This document shows, one piece after another, positions 60,201 to 64,000 of a stretch of DNA of 64,000 nt; the stretch's first letter is position 1, and each line of letters opens with the position of its first letter. Source of the stretch: the human T2T-CHM13v2.0 reference genome, Homo sapiens; NCBI GenBank assembly GCA_009914755.4, contig CP068257.2, positions 6,144,001 to 6,208,000 on the forward strand, written 5' to 3'. The notes under the pieces were generated by a model. The model searched no databases and was not told where the DNA came from. It worked only from the letters and a program-made list of their open reading frames with translations. The position numbers were made by a program, and so were the translations under genes.

Positions 60201-63200
60201 CCTGGGTGATTTTGTGCAGAGATATTTCGCAGTGCCCCCTTTGGGCAGAGGGTAAACAAGAGTTACATCACCTAGGTGATCATTGCAGAGATTTGTCAAA
60301 ATTCCCTGTAGGCAGTGCTTATAAAAGTGTTACATATACTAAGTGTTCAGTACAGAGATATGTCACAAAGCTCCTGTAGGCAGAACTTAGATGACTTACA
60401 TCACCTGGGTGATCAGTGAAAGGTATGTCAGAAAGCCCCCTGTAGGCAAAGCGTAGAAAATAGTTACATCACTTGGGTGATCAGTGGCGAGATCTCTCAC
60501 AATTCCCCTGTAGGCAGAGCTTTTAAAACAGTTACATCACCTGGGTGATCAGTGCAGAGATATGTCCCAATGCCCCCATAGGCAGATCCAAGACAAGAGT
60601 CCGTCACCTGGGTGATCAGTGCAGAAATATGTCACAATGCCCCCTTAGGCAGAGCCTATACAACAGCCCCATCACCTGGATGATCAGTGCAGATATATGT
60701 CACAAAGTCCCTTTAGGCAGATCCTAGACAAGTGTTACATCACCTGGGTGAGCAGTGCAGAGATATGTCACAATGCCACTGTAGGCAGAGCCTAGACAAG
60801 AGTTACATGACCTAGGTGATCAGTGCAGAGATACATCACAATGCCCCTCTAGGCAGAGCCTTGACAATTGGTATATCACCTGGGTGATCATTGCAGGGAT
60901 ATGTCACAAAGCACCCTGTAGGCAGATCCTAGAGAAGAGTTATATCACCTGGGTGATCAGTGCAGAGATATTTCACAGGACCCCTGTAGGCAGAGCATAG
61001 ACAAGAGTTATGTCACCTGGGTGATCAGTGCAGTGATTTGTCACGATGCCATGTAGCCAGAGCCTAGAATTAAGTTACAGCACCTGGGAGAACAGTGCAG
61101 AGATATGTCACAATGTCCCTAGTAGGCAGAGACCAGGCAAGAGTTGGATCACCTCGGGATCAGTGCAGAGTTATGTCTCAATCCCGCTGTGGGCACAGCC
61201 TAGACAAGAGTTACATCATCTCGCTTAGCAGTGCAGAAATATGTCAAAATGCCCCTGTAGGCAGAGCCTACACAAGTGTTACATCACTTAGGTGATCAGT
61301 GCAGAGATATGTCACAATACCCCCTGTAAGCAGAGTCTAGACAAGAGTTACATCACCTGGGTGATCAGTGCAGAGATATGTGACAAGGCCCCTTTATGCA
61401 TAGCGTAGACAAGAGTTACATCTCCTGGGTGATCAGTGCAAAGATACGTCACAAAGCCTCCTGTAGACAAATACCAGAGTATTCTTACATCACCTGGGTG
61501 ATCAGTGGAGATATCTGACACAATTCCCCTTTAGGCGCAGCTTAGACAAGCGTTACATCACATGAGTGATCAGTGCAGAGATATGTCACTATGCCCCCAT
61601 AGGCAGATCCAAGACAAGGGTCCATCACCTGTGTGATCAGTGCAGAAATATGTCACAATGCCCCTATAGCCATATCCTTGAGAAAAGTGACATCACCTGG
61701 GTGATCAGGGCGGAGATATGTCACAATGTCTCTAGTAGGCAGAGCCTAGGCAGGAGTTACATCACTTGGGTGATCAGGGCTGAGATATGTCACAATGCCC
61801 CCTGTAAGAATATCCCAGAGAAGAGTTGCATCACCTCAGTTATCAGTGCAGAGACATGCCTCAATGCCCACTGTCAGCGATGCCTATACAAGAGTCAAAT
61901 CACCTGGGTGATCAGTGCAGAGGTATCTCACAATACCCCTGTAAGCAGAGCCTAGACAAGAGTTACTTCACCTGGGTTATCAGAGCACAGATATGTCATA
62001 AATCCCACTGTAGGCAAAGCCTAGACAAGTTTTACATCACCTCAGTGATCAGTGCAGAGATATGTCCCAATGTCCCTCTAGGCAGAGCTTAGACAAGAGT
62101 CACATCTCCTGGGTGATCAGTGCAGAGATAAGTCACAATGCCCACATAGGCAGGCCTAGACAAGAGTTACATCACTTAGGTGATCAGCGTAGAGATATGT
62201 GAAAATTGCCCTGTAGACAGAGCTTAGACAAGTGTTACATCACCTAGTGATCAGTGCAGGGATAAGTTGTAAAGCCTCCTGTAGGCAGAGTGTAGACAAT
62301 TGTTTCCTCCATAGGTTGATCAGTGCAGATATATGTCACAAAGCCCCTGTAAGTAGAACCTTGACAAGGGTTACATCACATGTTTGATCAGTGGAAATGT
62401 ATATCACAAAGCCCCCTGTAGGCAAAGCCCAGGCAATTGTTACATCACCTGGGTGAGCAGTGGAGAGATCTGTCACAATGCCTCTGTAGGCAGAGCTTAG
62501 ACAAGGGTTACTTCACTTTGGTGATCAGTGCAGAGATATGTGAGAATTCCCGTGTAGGCAGAGCTGAGACAAGTGTTACATCATCTTGGTTATCAGTGCA
62601 GCTTTAAGTCATAAAGCCTCCTGTAGGCAGAGCGTAGACAAGAGATCCCTCCCCAGGGTGATCAGTGCAGAGATGTGTCACAAAGCCCCTGGAGGCAGAG
62701 CCTAGACAAGAGTTTCATCACTTGGTTGATCAGTTCAGAGATGTGTCACAATGTTCATGTAGGCAGATCTAAGAAAAGAGTCCATCACCTGGGTGATCAG
62801 TGCAGAGTTATATACCAATGTACCATGTAGGCAGTGCCTATAGAAGAGTTGCTTCACCTCAGAGATCAGTGCATAGATATGTCACAAATTCTTCTGTAGG
62901 CAAAGCCCATAAAAGGCTTACATCACTTAGGTGATCAGTGCAATGGTATGTCACAAAAATCCCTGTAGACAGAGCCTAGAAAAGAGTTACATCACCTGGG
63001 TGATCAGTGCAGATATTTGACACAATGCCCCCATAGACAGAGCCCAGACAAGACTTCCATCACCTCGGTGATCAGTGCAGAGATATGCCAGAAATCTCTC
63101 TCCAGGCAGAGTGTAGAGAAGAGTCCCATCACCTAGGTGATCAGTGCAGAGATATTTCACAATGCCCTCTGTAGGTAGAGAGTGGACAAGAGTTACAGAA

Positions 63201-64000
63201 CCTAGGTGATCTTTGCAGAGCTATGTCAAAACTCCCCTGTAGGCAGAGCCTAGATAATTGTTATATCACCTGGGTGATCAGTGCAGAGATACGTCACAAT
63301 AACCCCAGTAGGTGGAGCCTAGAGAAGACTTACATTACCTGGGTGAAAAGTACACATATAGGTCACAAAGCCCCTGTAGTCGGAGCCTAGACAAGAGTTA
63401 CATCACCGGGGTGATCAGTGCACAAACATGTCACAAAGCCCCTGTAGGCCGAACCTAGACAAGAGTTACATCTCCTGGGTGATCAGTACAAAGATATGTC
63501 ACAAAGCCCCCTGTAGACAAATCCCAGAAAATTGTTACATCACCTCGGTGATTATTAGAGACATCTGTAACAATTCCCCTTTAGTCGCAGCATAGACAAG
63601 GGTTACATCACATGAGTGATTAGTGCAGAGATATGTCACTATGCCCCCGTAGGCAGATCCAAGACAAGAGTCCATCACCTGGGTGATCAGTGCAGAAATA
63701 TGCCACAGTGCCGCCAGTAGGCAGATATAGACAAGAGTTACATTACCTGCATGATCACTGTAGAGATATTTCACAATGTCCCTGTAGGCAGAGCATAGAC
63801 AAGTGTCCCATCACCTGGGTGATCAGTGCAGAGTTAGTTCACAATGCCCCCTTTTGGCAGAGCCTAGACAAGGGTTACATCACCTGGGTGATCAGTGCAG
63901 AGATGTGTCACAAGCCTCCTGTAGCCAGAGCCTAGAAAACTGTTACATCAGCTGTGTGATCAGTACAGTGACATGTCACAAAGTCCCTGTAGCCATATCC
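57236..64000. repeat. beta-satellite tandem array, orientation 2
   Basis: 68-bp GATC monomers to the window end. Confidence 0.9.

Overview
This window is eukaryotic (human or other great ape) constitutive heterochromatin, not a prokaryotic locus. About 47 kb is beta-satellite, the Sau3A family with ~68-bp monomers. Each monomer carries a GATC site in the motif 'cactgatcacccaggtgatgtaactcttgtctaggctctgcctacaggggcattgtgacatatctctg'. Ten GC-rich islands interrupt the satellite. They are members of the D4Z4 / 3.3-kb repeat family, which is known from 4q35/10q26 and, in beta-satellite-interspersed form, from acrocentric short arms and 1q12.

A full island is ~2.8 kb and reads, in DUX4 sense orientation, as:
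- a ~0.8-kb upstream region with a TATAA-type promoter box;
- a ~1.27-kb intron-less DUX4-like double-homeobox ORF;
- a ~0.7-kb 3' region of GC-rich sequence plus LSau-like sequence that merges into beta-satellite.

Seven units are full or near-full length: A, B, D, F, G and J at ~2.7-2.8 kb, and C, which carries an internal deletion. Three are fragments: E, H and I. Six of the seven carry DUX4-like pseudogenes. The exception is unit F at 33686-34855 on the minus strand, a 389-codon open frame that aligns to DUX4 along its whole length. It lacks the last ~33 residues, which form the C-terminal activation domain, because of a GAA>TAA nonsense change. The same change is present in units G and J. 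Unit F also carries W48R and R53N substitutions in helix 3 of homeodomain 2.

The array changes orientation at ~47.86 kb, inside unit I. Upstream of that point the satellite and the DUX4-like units are in one orientation; downstream they are reverse-complemented. The D4Z4-like unit together with several kb of flanking satellite forms a larger duplicon. Satellite monomers next to successive units are positionally homologous.

The many 60-150 aa ORFs in the six-frame track inside the satellite are translations of the repeat and are not genes. Long ORFs antisense to, or frame-shifted against, the DUX4-like sequence are low-stop-codon artefacts of ~70% GC sequence.
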